This document shows positions 30,050 through 40,168 of a stretch of DNA of 64,000 nucleotides, in pieces. This stretch comes from Polyangia bacterium (GTDB taxonomy: Bacteria; Myxococcota_A; Polyangia; JAAYKL01), in assembly GCA_050287845.1 (NCBI GenBank), contig JBNKCR010000071.1, forward strand, positions 20,926-84,925, in the 5' to 3' direction. The notes under the pieces were generated by a model. It saw nothing but the letters and a program-made list of their open reading frames with translations, made no database searches and had not been told where the DNA came from. Position numbers and translations under genes: made by a program. The stretch's first letter is position 1. Every line of letters starts with the position of its first letter.

Positions 30050-32101
30050 TCAGTTTTTAAAAGTTCGCTTGATTTCGTTTCGCAACCGTTTGAACGGACT
30101 CTTTTTACTTTTTCCCGACCCTGTGTTTTTCTTTCCTGTTCCTGAAGACTTCTTTTTTTTTGGAGTGGCTTTTCCCGATTTGGTCGATTTTTTCTGTCTG
30201 GCCCCTCCTTTGGCGGTTGACCCTTTCCCGCCGGCATTTTTGGGTTTTGTCTGTTTCGAGCGGGCAACATTTTTCTGGGGTGACTTTGTTGTCCTGTTCG
30301 ACTTTTTCCGGGTAGCCCTGGATTCACTTTTGCCGGCAGATGAGGGGGTTGCAGCATCTGGCACACTTGTCTGATGGGGCTGGGAGCGAACCTCTTCGGC
30401 TGGCGGCGTCGGAGACGGGGTGTCGCCGGGCTCTTCGGCAGCGGCCGAAGGTGTCTCCTCAGATGTTTTTTCCGGGGATTCAGATTCCGGGGAGGGTGGT
30501 TCCTCCCGGGAAGCAGCCGGAACAGGAGGCGTATCGCTGTTGTCGTCCCGACTTTTTTTCTCCGACGCCGGTTGTTGTTCAATGAACTCCGCTTTTCTGC
30601 CGCCGGGAACGTATTTGATTTGCATGTTTTCTGATGGAATCACGACAAATCGCATGCGGGTGCGGCTTTTGTTTTCGACCCGAATGGGGGTCCATTTGTT
30701 GCCGCGTTCCACTTCGAATGGATTTTCGTCCACCGGCTCATTGTCGTAATACACTGTGGCGCTGTCGGGCAGTCCAACGATTTCTACCCTGATTTTGCCA
30801 TCGTCCACGGCACAGAGCCCCACCAGAAAAACGATGCAGAATGACAGAATGGCAGTGACAATTCGGAATCGCGTTTTGTGCGGACTGTTGAACAAGGCGT
30901 ACTTGCCGGTATCTTTTGCTGTTTTCAGCTTTCCGGGAAGCTCCTTGACCACCAGTCTGGTCTGACCTCTGGCAATATCCATCAGTGTCGTTACTTTGGC
31001 CATCAGACTGTTGAATCGAAGGGCCACCGTATCTTCGTTCTTCTCTGACTTCAATTCGGGAGGAGTGCTCCTGAGGATGGTCTTTGCCGCAAGTTCACTG
31101 TTCTGCTGGGCGAGATCCGAAAGTATTTCGTTGGCATCCCGCTGGCTGTACCCCATGTCGAGATGGGGCGGAATGCTCTTCTGACTGGAGGCCATGGCAA
31201 TCAGCGCGGGCAATCTGGCAATGCCTTCATTCCGGGATTTTTCCGTACATAACCCCAGGACGGCTTCCAGCATCTCCTCCGCATTTCCGTATCGATCTGC
31301 CGGATTTTTTGAAATTGCTTTTTTGATGACCGGCCACGCATTCATGGGAAAGCCACCGTAGACATCTTTGGGATGCCTGGGATTTGTGGTCAGAATATTG
31401 GCCAGCAGCGCCGTGTACTGTTGCCCCTCATAAGGGGTGTCACCGCTCAGCATTTCATACAGAATGATGCCGGCGGCGTATATATCCGTCAGATGATTGA
31501 TGTCGTCGAGTCCTCTGACCTGTTCAGGGGACATGTAGGCCGGCGTTCCCAGCGTGGTGCCTTCCTGGGTCAGTTTGGTGACCTGCTGGTCCTGAATTTT
31601 TGAGATGCCAAAATCGATGAGTTTGATCTGTATATCATCGTTGCTGTCATTGGGCTGATTCAGAAAAATATTTTCGGGTTTCAAATCCCGGTGCACCACG
31701 CCTTTTTCATGGGCAGCGCCGATGGCGTGGAGAGTGGCTTCGAGGACAGCACAGGCCGTTGGTAAATCGAGCTGCCGTTTAAGCGTAATGATTTCATCCA
31801 GACCGGCGCCTCTGAGGTATTCCATGACCATGAATGGTTCCCCAGTCGGCAGTGCGCCCAAATCCAATATATCGATCACATTCTGATGACTGATGGCAAC
31901 TGCGGCCTGTGCCTCCCGGATAAATCGATGGACCACCTCTTCATTGCCGGTCAGCTCACTGTGCAGGATTTTAACGGCCACCATCTTTCCCATGGTGACG
32001 TGCTGTCCCGAATACACTGAACCCATTCCGCCTTCACCGAGTTTTTTGGTGAGCAGATATTTCCCGTCCAGAAGTTGTCCTTTAAAATCCGCGCTACTCA
32101 T
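30050..32101 (-). CDS. Membrane Ser/Thr protein kinase
   Basis: LGEGGMGSVY, VAVK, HRDLKPEN, DFG, GTPAYMSPE, then a TM helix, a PEGA-like beta region and a Pro/Glu- then Lys-rich tail. Confidence 0.93.
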   Translation of the reverse strand: MSSADFKGQLLDGKYLLTKKLGEGGMGSVYSGQHVTMGKMVAVKILHSELTGNEEVVHRFIREAQAAVAISHQNVIDILDLGALPTGEPFMVMEYLRGAGLDEIITLKRQLDLPTACAVLEATLHAIGAAHEKGVVHRDLKPENIFLNQPNDSNDDIQIKLIDFGISKIQDQQVTKLTQEGTTLGTPAYMSPEQVRGLDDINHLTDIYAAGIILYEMLSGDTPYEGQQYTALLANILTTNPRHPKDVYGGFPMNAWPVIKKAISKNPADRYGNAEEMLEAVLGLCTEKSRNEGIARLPALIAMASSQKSIPPHLDMGYSQRDANEILSDLAQQNSELAAKTILRSTPPELKSEKNEDTVALRFNSLMAKVTTLMDIARGQTRLVVKELPGKLKTAKDTGKYALFNSPHKTRFRIVTAILSFCIVFLVGLCAVDDGKIRVEIVGLPDSATVYYDNEPVDENPFEVERGNKWTPIRVENKSRTRMRFVVIPSENMQIKYVPGGRKAEFIEQQPASEKKSRDDNSDTPPVPAASREEPPSPESESPEKTSEETPSAAAEEPGDTPSPTPPAEEVRSQPHQTSVPDAATPSSAGKSESRATRKKSNRTTKSPQKNVARSKQTKPKNAGGKGSTAKGGARQKKSTKSGKATPKKKKSSGTGKKNTGSGKSKKSPFKRLRNEIKRTFKN

Positions 32102-32507
32102 GGCGGCGATAATAGCTACTTATGCGGCGCATTGAAACTGTGAGTCTGTTTTTATTTTATGTCCCATCCCGTTTCAATACGCAATTTTGGTCATTTACTT
32201 AAGAAAAAACTTTGTAAAACGCTGTATTTTGCTGCACTGGTTTTTTCATTGTATTGCCAGGATGCTGATGCCATTCGAGCCGACCGGCGCGATGGGGTGT
32301 GAAATGGGGCCTGGAAATTCTGTTGGCATTGGTTTTTCAATATATCTCCGTCCGCGGTGTTTTTTTGTATAACGGATTGCAAAGAAATTGGGGGAAACGT
32401 AAGATCCTGTTGGACTTTTTTTATTTTCTCGCTGATTGTCACGACCTGTATCGGCCGCTTGCCGTTGCAGAAGGATGCGAGCGATAATTATTAAACGGAG
32501 GATGCAT

Positions 32508-33410
32508 ATGAAACGATGGATGATGTTTTTGGTGGTGGCGGGGGTATTTTTGGGTTGCAGAGACAATTCACCCTGTCCGGACGGGACCAGGCGAGTGGGT
32601 GATCCCCCGCCGGCCGATCGCGAACAGTGGTGTGTGAAAAATGGAGATACCAAAGAGGGACCATACATGTCCTGGTATCCCAATGGCGATAAGAAAGAAG
32701 AAGGGGCGTTCAGGGACGGAAAGAAGGATGGGAAATGGGTGCGGTACCACAAAAACGGTAAAAAAGTGCGGGAGACCAACTACGAAAAGGGCGATAAAGT
32801 TGGCGAATTTATCAAATGGGACAAAAATGGTCAGATGGTGGAACGGGGCAGTTACAGCCATGGTGCCCGGGTTGGGGAGTGGAAGGAATGGCACAGGAAC
32901 GGCAAACTCAGGTCCCGGGGAAAATGGGAGAATGGAAAAAAAGAGGGTCCCTGGACGTACTGGTTTGATAATGGAAAGAAAAAAACCGAAGCTTTCATGA
33001 AGTCCGGCAAAAAGCAGGGAAAACATACCGAATGGCATGCCAATGGACAGAAGCGGATGGAGGGGCAGCGAAACAGGGGGAAATTCGAGGGAACCTGGAC
33101 CGCATGGTATGACAACGGAAAAACCAAGGATATTGGACAGTGGAAGAACGGCAAAGGCGAGGGCGACTGGAAATGGTTTGACAAAAGCGGAAAGCTCACG
33201 AGGACCGGTGCATATCGGCTGGGAAAACGCCATGGCGTGTGGACCGACTATGATAAAAATGGCAATCCCGAGAAGATCACTCATTATAAAAATGGCAATG
33301 TTGTAAAAGAAGAGGTGGTGACCGCACCGGCAAATGATACAGACAGCTCCGCCACCACCCCGGAAACCACCCCGGACGCTCCTGCACCAAAGAAACCGGA
33401 AACGAAATAA
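32508..33410 (+). CDS. MORN-variant repeat (YwqK-like) lipoprotein
   Basis: GGAGG RBS, lipobox FLGC, about ten G-x-W-x-x-W/Y-x-x-NG repeats. Very basic. Confidence 0.85.
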   Translation: MKRWMMFLVVAGVFLGCRDNSPCPDGTRRVGDPPPADREQWCVKNGDTKEGPYMSWYPNGDKKEEGAFRDGKKDGKWVRYHKNGKKVRETNYEKGDKVGEFIKWDKNGQMVERGSYSHGARVGEWKEWHRNGKLRSRGKWENGKKEGPWTYWFDNGKKKTEAFMKSGKKQGKHTEWHANGQKRMEGQRNRGKFEGTWTAWYDNGKTKDIGQWKNGKGEGDWKWFDKSGKLTRTGAYRLGKRHGVWTDYDKNGNPEKITHYKNGNVVKEEVVTAPANDTDSSATTPETTPDAPAPKKPETK

Positions 33411-33555
33411 GCGTCACACCGGGCTTCCCGCTGCGATCCGCGGCCTCGATTGCACATCATTAAAGCAGATTGTTGCTGGAAATTCAGTAATATTGCAATC
33501 CAGCGAAATGTGTCCATAATGTGAGTATTGTTAACCTGGAACGGCTGGAGCGGAT

Positions 33556-34866
33556 ATGGAACAAGAGGTCAAGTTAAACACCAGACACAAGGCTCTTCAC
33601 ATCAACCTGGATCATAGAATTTACGGTTCATTCGCTGAAATTGGTGCCGGTCAGGAGGTCGCCCGGCAGTTTTTTCGGGCAGGAGGCGCTTCCGGAACCA
33701 TTGCCCGCTCGCTTTCGGCTTATGATATGCAGGAGAGCGATGCCATTTACGGCGTGGAGAAATCCGGTCGATACGTGGCGCGTGCCCGTCTTGAAAGCAT
33801 GTTGCAGACCGAATATTCCCTCACGGTGGAACGCATTAAAAGCTATCGACCACCAGATACCACTTTTTTTGCCTTTGCCAATACCGTCGCTGCCAAAGCT
33901 TATAAATCGAAACGCGATTCTCATGGTTGGCTGGGCATACAGTTTCAGCATCAGGCTGGCGCGGCGCCGAGTAAAATTGTACTCCACGTGCGGATGCTGG
34001 ACGAAGACAACAAGGACCAGCAGGCCGCACTGGGCATTCTGGGGGTGAATCTCATTTTTGCGGCGTATAATTTCTGGAAATCCCCGGAGACGTTCATCGA
34101 TAGCCTGTTTGAGGATTTGACCCTGAATCGTCTTGAAATTAACTTTATAGATTTTGATGGCCCGGCGTTCACCAACGTGAATAATTCGGAATTGAATATT
34201 CGGCTGGTGACATCCCAGTTGGGGCCGGTGGTGATTTTTGACACTGACGGAATGCCGGTGGAGCCATCGGAGCTGCTGTATAAGAAACATGTGGTTGTAT
34301 TGCGAGGAACATTCAGGCCGTTTCTGGACCTGCATGCAGATATGATTGCCCGGGGATTGGCATCATTCACCGAGAGCATGGGATTGAAATCCACGGACGT
34401 TGTCTGTCTCTGTGAGATGAATACATCCAGATACATTGCGGACGGCAGTGACGACATTTCAGATATGGAAGAACGAATTACCCGTATCACTCATCTGGGT
34501 TTCAACGTGATGGTAACATCATTTTACCGCTATTTTCGATTGAGTAGGTACCTGACCCGATATGATCCCCAGCGAAAGGTTGGCTTCATATTGTCGGTGG
34601 AGAATATTCTGATGATTCTCGATGACAAGTATTACGCAGGTATGCAGGGGCAGGGGGGGATGCTGGAGGCCATGGGAAAGCTGTTCGCCTCCGGTGCGCA
34701 ACTGATGGTGTATCCGAATATGACCGCAGAGGGTGCGGTAATCACTGCCGAAACGGTCATCGTGCCGGACAAATACAAATTTCTGTACAAACATCTGTTG
34801 TACAATAAACGGGTGGTGCCTCTGTTCCCCAACGCGGACTGCCTCACACCGCTGCCGTCCAGATAG
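33556..34866 (+). CDS. Conserved protein with PncC/CinA-like N-domain and nucleotidyltransferase-like C-domain
   Basis: YGSFAEIGAGQEV...GGASGTIA..LSAYDM..SDAIYG. C-part LRGTFRP resembles the GxFxP motif of HIGH-superfamily enzymes. Confidence 0.6.
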   Translation: MEQEVKLNTRHKALHINLDHRIYGSFAEIGAGQEVARQFFRAGGASGTIARSLSAYDMQESDAIYGVEKSGRYVARARLESMLQTEYSLTVERIKSYRPPDTTFFAFANTVAAKAYKSKRDSHGWLGIQFQHQAGAAPSKIVLHVRMLDEDNKDQQAALGILGVNLIFAAYNFWKSPETFIDSLFEDLTLNRLEINFIDFDGPAFTNVNNSELNIRLVTSQLGPVVIFDTDGMPVEPSELLYKKHVVVLRGTFRPFLDLHADMIARGLASFTESMGLKSTDVVCLCEMNTSRYIADGSDDISDMEERITRITHLGFNVMVTSFYRYFRLSRYLTRYDPQRKVGFILSVENILMILDDKYYAGMQGQGGMLEAMGKLFASGAQLMVYPNMTAEGAVITAETVIVPDKYKFLYKHLLYNKRVVPLFPNADCLTPLPSR

Positions 34867-34890
34867 CGGCGCTCGCATCATCCCGAAAAT

Positions 34891-35649
34891 TCAGCTGGCG
34901 AAAATTCGAACCACGTGGACCGGTTCCATTTCAGGCATCGGTGCAATGTTTTTGCTGGCGACTGCGCTATAAATCGCAAAGCCGGCTTCCTTCAATTCTT
35001 CAATAAGTGTCGGCACGTGCAGATAGCGCCGGTAGTGGTCGCCTTCCCACAATGCCATGTGGGCGAAAGCATCACTGTCAATATTATCTGTGGTGAGCGC
35101 TTCGATGGCGAAAATGTGCTTGTCAAATACCATATCGCGCACGTTCTGAAACAGGATGCGCTGGGCCGCGTCGTCTATCGAGTGCAGGGAATATCGCGAA
35201 TAGGCATGGGTGGCTAACGGGGAGCGGAATCGGGTGAAATCGCCCTGGTGCGTCTCCACGGATACCCGGGTCTGACGGGCGTTTCGATTCAACAGCATCA
35301 GTGCTGCGGTCGACAGATCAATGGCGGTTACTCTGAATCCGTTGTGGGCGAGAAATATCGAATCTCTGCCGTTGCCGCATCCCAGGTCAGCGATTCGGGT
35401 GCGTTTGCGCCGGAGCACCGTGTTTACACAATACACGCAAAAATCGCTGGGCATGTTGTGCTGGTTGACATCGGGTGCTTCGCTGTAATACCGATTCCAG
35501 TATAAAGTGGCGATGCTTCCGGGGTCCTGGGGGACCGGCATAATGGGTGCAACGATTTCGTTGCTGACGAATCCGCTGTTCTGTATCATTCCCTGCTCCT
35601 GTCCGTTGAACAAAGTGAGTATCGCCCTTCCCTCCAGAGGCGATCTCAA
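34891..35649 (-). CDS. Class I SAM-dependent methyltransferase
   Basis: ADLGCGNGRD...VTAIDLS. The true start is probably downstream of the listed one. Confidence 0.8.
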   Translation of the reverse strand: MRSPLEGRAILTLFNGQEQGMIQNSGFVSNEIVAPIMPVPQDPGSIATLYWNRYYSEAPDVNQHNMPSDFCVYCVNTVLRRKRTRIADLGCGNGRDSIFLAHNGFRVTAIDLSTAALMLLNRNARQTRVSVETHQGDFTRFRSPLATHAYSRYSLHSIDDAAQRILFQNVRDMVFDKHIFAIEALTTDNIDSDAFAHMALWEGDHYRRYLHVPTLIEELKEAGFAIYSAVASKNIAPMPEMEPVHVVRIFAS

Positions 35650-35787
35650 CGGTCACTTTATTTGTATCGACAGGGGAGGGTAAAATTTAAGCGGGAAGTT
35701 CGGTTTCAGTATTATTAACGATTTTTTTCGCAAAACGATGGTTTGATACGATGGGGGATGGCATAAAATCGTGTATATTGTTTCCAT

Positions 35788-36582
35788 ATGACACTGCCAG
35801 TGAATCAGATTGGATTGAAGCTGTGGGCGCCCAACGTGAGCGGATACCTGACAGAAGCGCGTCGTCTGTACGGGGTGAAACAACTGGACTATGTGGAGCT
35901 GTACACCTCTCCCGATTGTGCTTCGTACCTCCCCCGGTGGAAAACGGCCAGCCTGCCCTACATGATTCACTGTGCTCATTCACTGCACGGATTCAATCTG
36001 AGCGACCCCTCAGCCACAGGCGATAATCGAAAACTGTTTGCAGAGGCGGTCATTTTTTTTCGGGAACTGGACGCCATGGGGATTATTGTCCATCCGGGCA
36101 TTCTGGGACAGGCGACGGAAACAGTGTCACAACTGCAGAAGCTGATGAAGGAGTTCGGGATTCCGCCCCATCAGATATGGGTGGAAAACAAGCCGTTCAT
36201 CAACCTGAATCATCAGCCTTGTGTGGGGGGCAGTCCGGAATCCATGGCATGGATTAAAAAAGAGTGCGAAACGGAGATGGTGCTCGATGTGGGACACGCC
36301 ATCAAGTATGCCATCGGGGCCGGACGCGACTGGCAGCCGGTGTTGCATCAGATGATGACCCTGGCACCAAAGATGCTTCATGTGAGCGACGCAAAGATGA
36401 GTCATCCGCTGGATGAGCACCTGCATTTTGGTATGGGGGAGTTCGATTTTGATACTATTTTCAGCATCTGCGATGCCCCGTATATCTCCATTGAAACCAT
36501 CAAGGACCTTCCGGAACGACTGGACGACTTCGTGAATGACGTGGTTTTTTTAAAACGCACGCTGGCGTGCAGGAAATTATGA
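35788..36582 (+). CDS. Xylose-isomerase-like TIM-barrel protein (AP endonuclease 2 family)
   Basis: IIVHPG, VEN, LDVGH, HVSD, DEHL, E metal-ligand pattern. Confidence 0.75.
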   Translation: MTLPVNQIGLKLWAPNVSGYLTEARRLYGVKQLDYVELYTSPDCASYLPRWKTASLPYMIHCAHSLHGFNLSDPSATGDNRKLFAEAVIFFRELDAMGIIVHPGILGQATETVSQLQKLMKEFGIPPHQIWVENKPFINLNHQPCVGGSPESMAWIKKECETEMVLDVGHAIKYAIGAGRDWQPVLHQMMTLAPKMLHVSDAKMSHPLDEHLHFGMGEFDFDTIFSICDAPYISIETIKDLPERLDDFVNDVVFLKRTLACRKL

Positions 36583-36819
36583 CACGCTGAAAAAACGGGA
36601 GCTGGTGCCCCCTTTGCCAATGCGGATGCGAATTTTCCGGAAACACCCGGGGCAGTGGCCCTCGTACGCGGTCCCTTCTTTATTTTTATAAATCCGGCTG
36701 TAAATGTGGCAACACTCGAACATGATACCCAGAAATTGTCTGGGTTGTTTCGAGTCTTTTGACGCATGTCTGTTTTTTACATCATCGTAATGCATGGCGA
36801 CGGTGGAAACCTCTCTCAT
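36577..36819 (-). CDS. Small putative zinc-binding protein
   Basis: FLGIMFECCHIYSRIY...YEGHCPGC...GGTSSRFF: CC plus CxxC. Confidence 0.6.
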   Translation of the reverse strand: MREVSTVAMHYDDVKNRHASKDSKQPRQFLGIMFECCHIYSRIYKNKEGTAYEGHCPGCFRKIRIRIGKGGTSSRFFSVS

Positions 36820-37000
36820 GATTTATAATCGGCAATTCAATAGCGATGTTTAGCGGGCAAGGTCGAAAACGACCTGTTGGTGCAAAATGACCTGGAAATG
36901 GGTTGGGCTCGTGGCTCGCACGGGTGTTCTGTGCTAAAAAAATCAGAACAGGCATGATATTTTGAATCCGCAAATCTTTGCCCTGACAAGGAGGCCTGCC

Positions 37001-37729
37001 ATCAACATCTGTATCATACCTGCCAGAGGGGGAAGTAAACGTATTCCCCATAAAAACATTCGGCCATTCTGCAATCGGCCGATTGTTCAATACACCATTG
37101 ATGCGGCATTGGCGTGTGGTTGTTTCAAACGGGTGATTGTGTCAACCGATGACGTGAATATCAAGGCCGTGGCAGCGGGTGCAGGCGCAGAAGTTCCATT
37201 TGATCGCCCAGAAGCATTGGCGGATGATCATTCGACTGTGCTGACATCTGTAAAGCATGCCATCGAGTGGCTGAAGACAGAGGGGCAGACCCCCGACTAT
37301 GTGTGTATGGTGTATGCTACTGCGCCATTTCTTACCGGATCGGTTCTTCAACAGTCATATGACCAGCTGCGAGTCACTGGCAAAAAGGTGTATTGCCTCG
37401 GGGTAACCGAATTCAGATATCCCATTCAACGGGCAGTGTACAAAACCCGGGATGGTGGCATTCGAATGTTTCAACCGGAACATTTCATTTCAAGGTCTCA
37501 GGATCTTGTGAAGGCATATCACGACGCCGGACAGTTTCTGTGGGGAACAGCTGAGGCATTTCTACAGGAGCTGCCGGTGTTTGAAGCGCATACTATCCCG
37601 TTCATGCTGCCTTCGTATCAGGTACAGGATATTGATACCGAGGACGATTGGATTCGGGCGGAGATGATGTATCAGATTTTAAATTCGCCGCCAACGGTAC
37701 AACTTTCAAATGGAATCGAGGAAAAATGA
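37001..37729 (+). CDS. pseF: Pseudaminic acid cytidylyltransferase
   Basis: IIPARGGSKRIPHKNI, VSTDD, YATAPF, RSQDL..AYHDAGQF.WG, DIDTEDDW. The apparent start is ATC at 37001 (alternative TTG at 36962). Confidence 0.88.
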   Translation: MNICIIPARGGSKRIPHKNIRPFCNRPIVQYTIDAALACGCFKRVIVSTDDVNIKAVAAGAGAEVPFDRPEALADDHSTVLTSVKHAIEWLKTEGQTPDYVCMVYATAPFLTGSVLQQSYDQLRVTGKKVYCLGVTEFRYPIQRAVYKTRDGGIRMFQPEHFISRSQDLVKAYHDAGQFLWGTAEAFLQELPVFEAHTIPFMLPSYQVQDIDTEDDWIRAEMMYQILNSPPTVQLSNGIEEK

Positions 37730-38781
37730 TGTCGATTCAGATTGCCAATTTTCAGATAGGTATCAACAGGCGACCTTTCATCGTTGCTGAAATGTCGGCC
37801 AATCACAAAGGATCGCTCAATCGCGCGCTGCAACTGGTGGATGCAGCCGCTGATGCAGGGGTTCACGCACTGAAGCTGCAGACTTACACCGCGGACACCA
37901 TGACACTGAATATCAGTGACGGCGAATTCTTCATCGATAATCCACACAGCCTCTGGCGCGGGCGTTCTCTTTACAATCTCTATCAGGAAGCGGCGACTCC
38001 CTGGGAATGGCACAAGCCAATATTTGAAAGATGCCAGGAACGAGGCATTGTGGGGTTCAGTACGCCTTTCGATGCGAGTGCGGTTGATTTTCTGGAAACG
38101 CTCGATGTTCCTGTTTACAAGATTGCGGGGTTTGAAAATGCGGACCTGCCGCTGATTCGCAAGGTGGCCGCCACGGGGAAACCGGTGATTATTTCCACCG
38201 GAATGGCCACCCTCGCCGAGCTGGATGAAACAGTGCGCGAAGCCAGAATCGCGGGATGTGAAAATCTGATATTGCTCAAGTGCACAAGCACTTATCCCGC
38301 GAGTCCCACGGAAAGCAATCTTCGAACCATTCCCCACATGCGTCAGCTCTTCAATGTGGAAATGGGACTGTCCGATCATACACTGGGAATTGGTGTTGCG
38401 CTGGCATCCGTGGCCATGGGAGCAACCGTAATCGAAAAACATTTCACTCTTTCAAGAAGCGATGGTGCGGTGGACTCCACGTTTTCCATGGAGCCCGGCG
38501 AAATGGAACAACTGGTAATCGAATCCGAACGGGCCTGGCAGTCTCTCGGACAGGTCAACTATGGACCAACTGAAAATGAGAAGGCATCATTGGCACATAG
38601 AAGATCGCTGTATGTGGTGACTCCTATCCGGAAAGGGGAACAATTTACTTCTGAAAATATCCGGGTCATCAGGCCGGGGAACGGATTACCGCCAAAGTAC
38701 CTGGAAGTGGTTCTGGGTATGTGCGCAACCAGGGACATGAAAGCGGGTACACCGGTAACGTGGGAATCGATTTCACAGTGA
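37726..38781 (+). CDS. pseI: Pseudaminic acid synthase
   Basis: PFIVAEMSANH, KLQTYTADTMT, TPWEWH, LLKCTSTYPA, GLSDHTLG, IEKHFTL, C-terminal SAF domain. ATGA overlap with pseF. Confidence 0.92.
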   Translation: MMSIQIANFQIGINRRPFIVAEMSANHKGSLNRALQLVDAAADAGVHALKLQTYTADTMTLNISDGEFFIDNPHSLWRGRSLYNLYQEAATPWEWHKPIFERCQERGIVGFSTPFDASAVDFLETLDVPVYKIAGFENADLPLIRKVAATGKPVIISTGMATLAELDETVREARIAGCENLILLKCTSTYPASPTESNLRTIPHMRQLFNVEMGLSDHTLGIGVALASVAMGATVIEKHFTLSRSDGAVDSTFSMEPGEMEQLVIESERAWQSLGQVNYGPTENEKASLAHRRSLYVVTPIRKGEQFTSENIRVIRPGNGLPPKYLEVVLGMCATRDMKAGTPVTWESISQ

Positions 38782-38785
38782 AGAC

Positions 38786-40168
38786 ATGAATAGTAGGAAC
38801 CCAAAGACAGTTGCCGTAAGCTTGATTATCCCCGTTTTCAACGCTGAGAAAACCCTGGAACGTTGCATCCATTCGGCGCACAGGCAGACGTTGAAGAATA
38901 TAGAAATTATAATCGTGAATGACGGAAGCACTGATTCGAGCCCAGACATTATCGAACACTGGGCGTCTGTTGACTCTCGCGTTGTTGTGATGCAACAGGA
39001 GAATCAGGGATTGAGTGGTGCCAGAAACACGGGAATTCTCCTTGCCAGGGGAGAATACATTGCATTCATGGATGCGGATGATGACGCGGAAAGGGAACTG
39101 CTGGAATCGCTATTCGTAGAAGCCACAAATTCGCATGCGGATATTGTGGTGGCCTCTACGAGAGAAATCCACTCTGATTCATCGGTATCTATTATTGCAC
39201 CTCAAAAATCTTATCCAACTCATTTTGAAAACATACTGCAACCCAACGCCCCGATAGGCGCATGGGCCAAATTGTATCGAACTGAATTATTTACTCAAAA
39301 CGGAATTCAATATCCTTACGGTATGTATTATGAAGACCAGGTCACAACTGTGAAATTGTTTTTCTATGCACATGCAGTGAAGTACCTTGATAGGCCTCTA
39401 TACAATTATTATGTATCGTCAGGCAGTATCACCAATAGTCTGAACCGAAAAAAGATTGAAGATGTTTTTGAAATCGCCAAACAGCTCCACGATTTCATTG
39501 AACAAACACCTTTTACAGACAAATTTGGCGCCAATTCGTTCTTTCGATTGATAAAGATGTTGAACATTTATGTGCTCTCACATCTGCAAACGAATTGTCC
39601 GGTTTCACTGGCCAGTGTTCTACTGGAGGAAATGAAGAATTCTCCACTGTTCACCCTGAAAAATTTCAATCGGCTAAAAGAGAAACACATTGGAATCTAC
39701 TTCGCTTTCTGGTGTGCCATGATTCAGACCAGGTGGCCCGTCGATTTCACAGCAATTTTGTCTCTTCTCCCGTTGCCGCTGAAAAACTTTCTTCAGGCTC
39801 TCCACCGCAAGTACGAGCAGGTAAACTTCACTGTCGCTTGCGTGGAGTACTTGTCGGCACATTCAATTGATAGAATAGTTGTCTATGGGGGAGGGCGAAT
39901 TTATCAGCAGCTTCGTCCGTGGCTAAAAAAAAACGAAATAGAGGTGGTTGGCATTGTCGACCGGAATGCCAGATTGTTGGACCTTCCGGCCGAATCAGTT
40001 TTGGATATGCAGACAGTTATGGAAAGGTTCGGTACGATTCCGATTCTTGTAAGTAGCATCGCGTATGCCACTGAAATTGAGCAGAGAATAAACCATACGG
40101 TACAACAAATGAAGACATCAGCCCGGGTAATAACTGTTCACAGCATTATTGAAGATTCGTCGTTCTGA
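38786..40168 (+). CDS. GT2 glycosyltransferase with C-terminal Rossmann-like domain
   Basis: VSLIIPVFN, NDGSTD, GLSGARN, FMDADD, YED. C-terminal IVVYGGG...IVDRN. Confidence 0.9.
   Translation: MNSRNPKTVAVSLIIPVFNAEKTLERCIHSAHRQTLKNIEIIIVNDGSTDSSPDIIEHWASVDSRVVVMQQENQGLSGARNTGILLARGEYIAFMDADDDAERELLESLFVEATNSHADIVVASTREIHSDSSVSIIAPQKSYPTHFENILQPNAPIGAWAKLYRTELFTQNGIQYPYGMYYEDQVTTVKLFFYAHAVKYLDRPLYNYYVSSGSITNSLNRKKIEDVFEIAKQLHDFIEQTPFTDKFGANSFFRLIKMLNIYVLSHLQTNCPVSLASVLLEEMKNSPLFTLKNFNRLKEKHIGIYFAFWCAMIQTRWPVDFTAILSLLPLPLKNFLQALHRKYEQVNFTVACVEYLSAHSIDRIVVYGGGRIYQQLRPWLKKNEIEVVGIVDRNARLLDLPAESVLDMQTVMERFGTIPILVSSIAYATEIEQRINHTVQQMKTSARVITVHSIIEDSSF

Noticed and set aside
32131..32178. ATTGAAAC / GTTTCAAT, resembling CRISPR repeat termini
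   Set aside because: Only one 8-bp inverted pair, with no periodic repeats and no cas genes.
32508..33410. Toxin-antitoxin system suggested by YwqK-like repeats
   Set aside because: No adjacent toxin gene, and MORN-variant repeats are generic.
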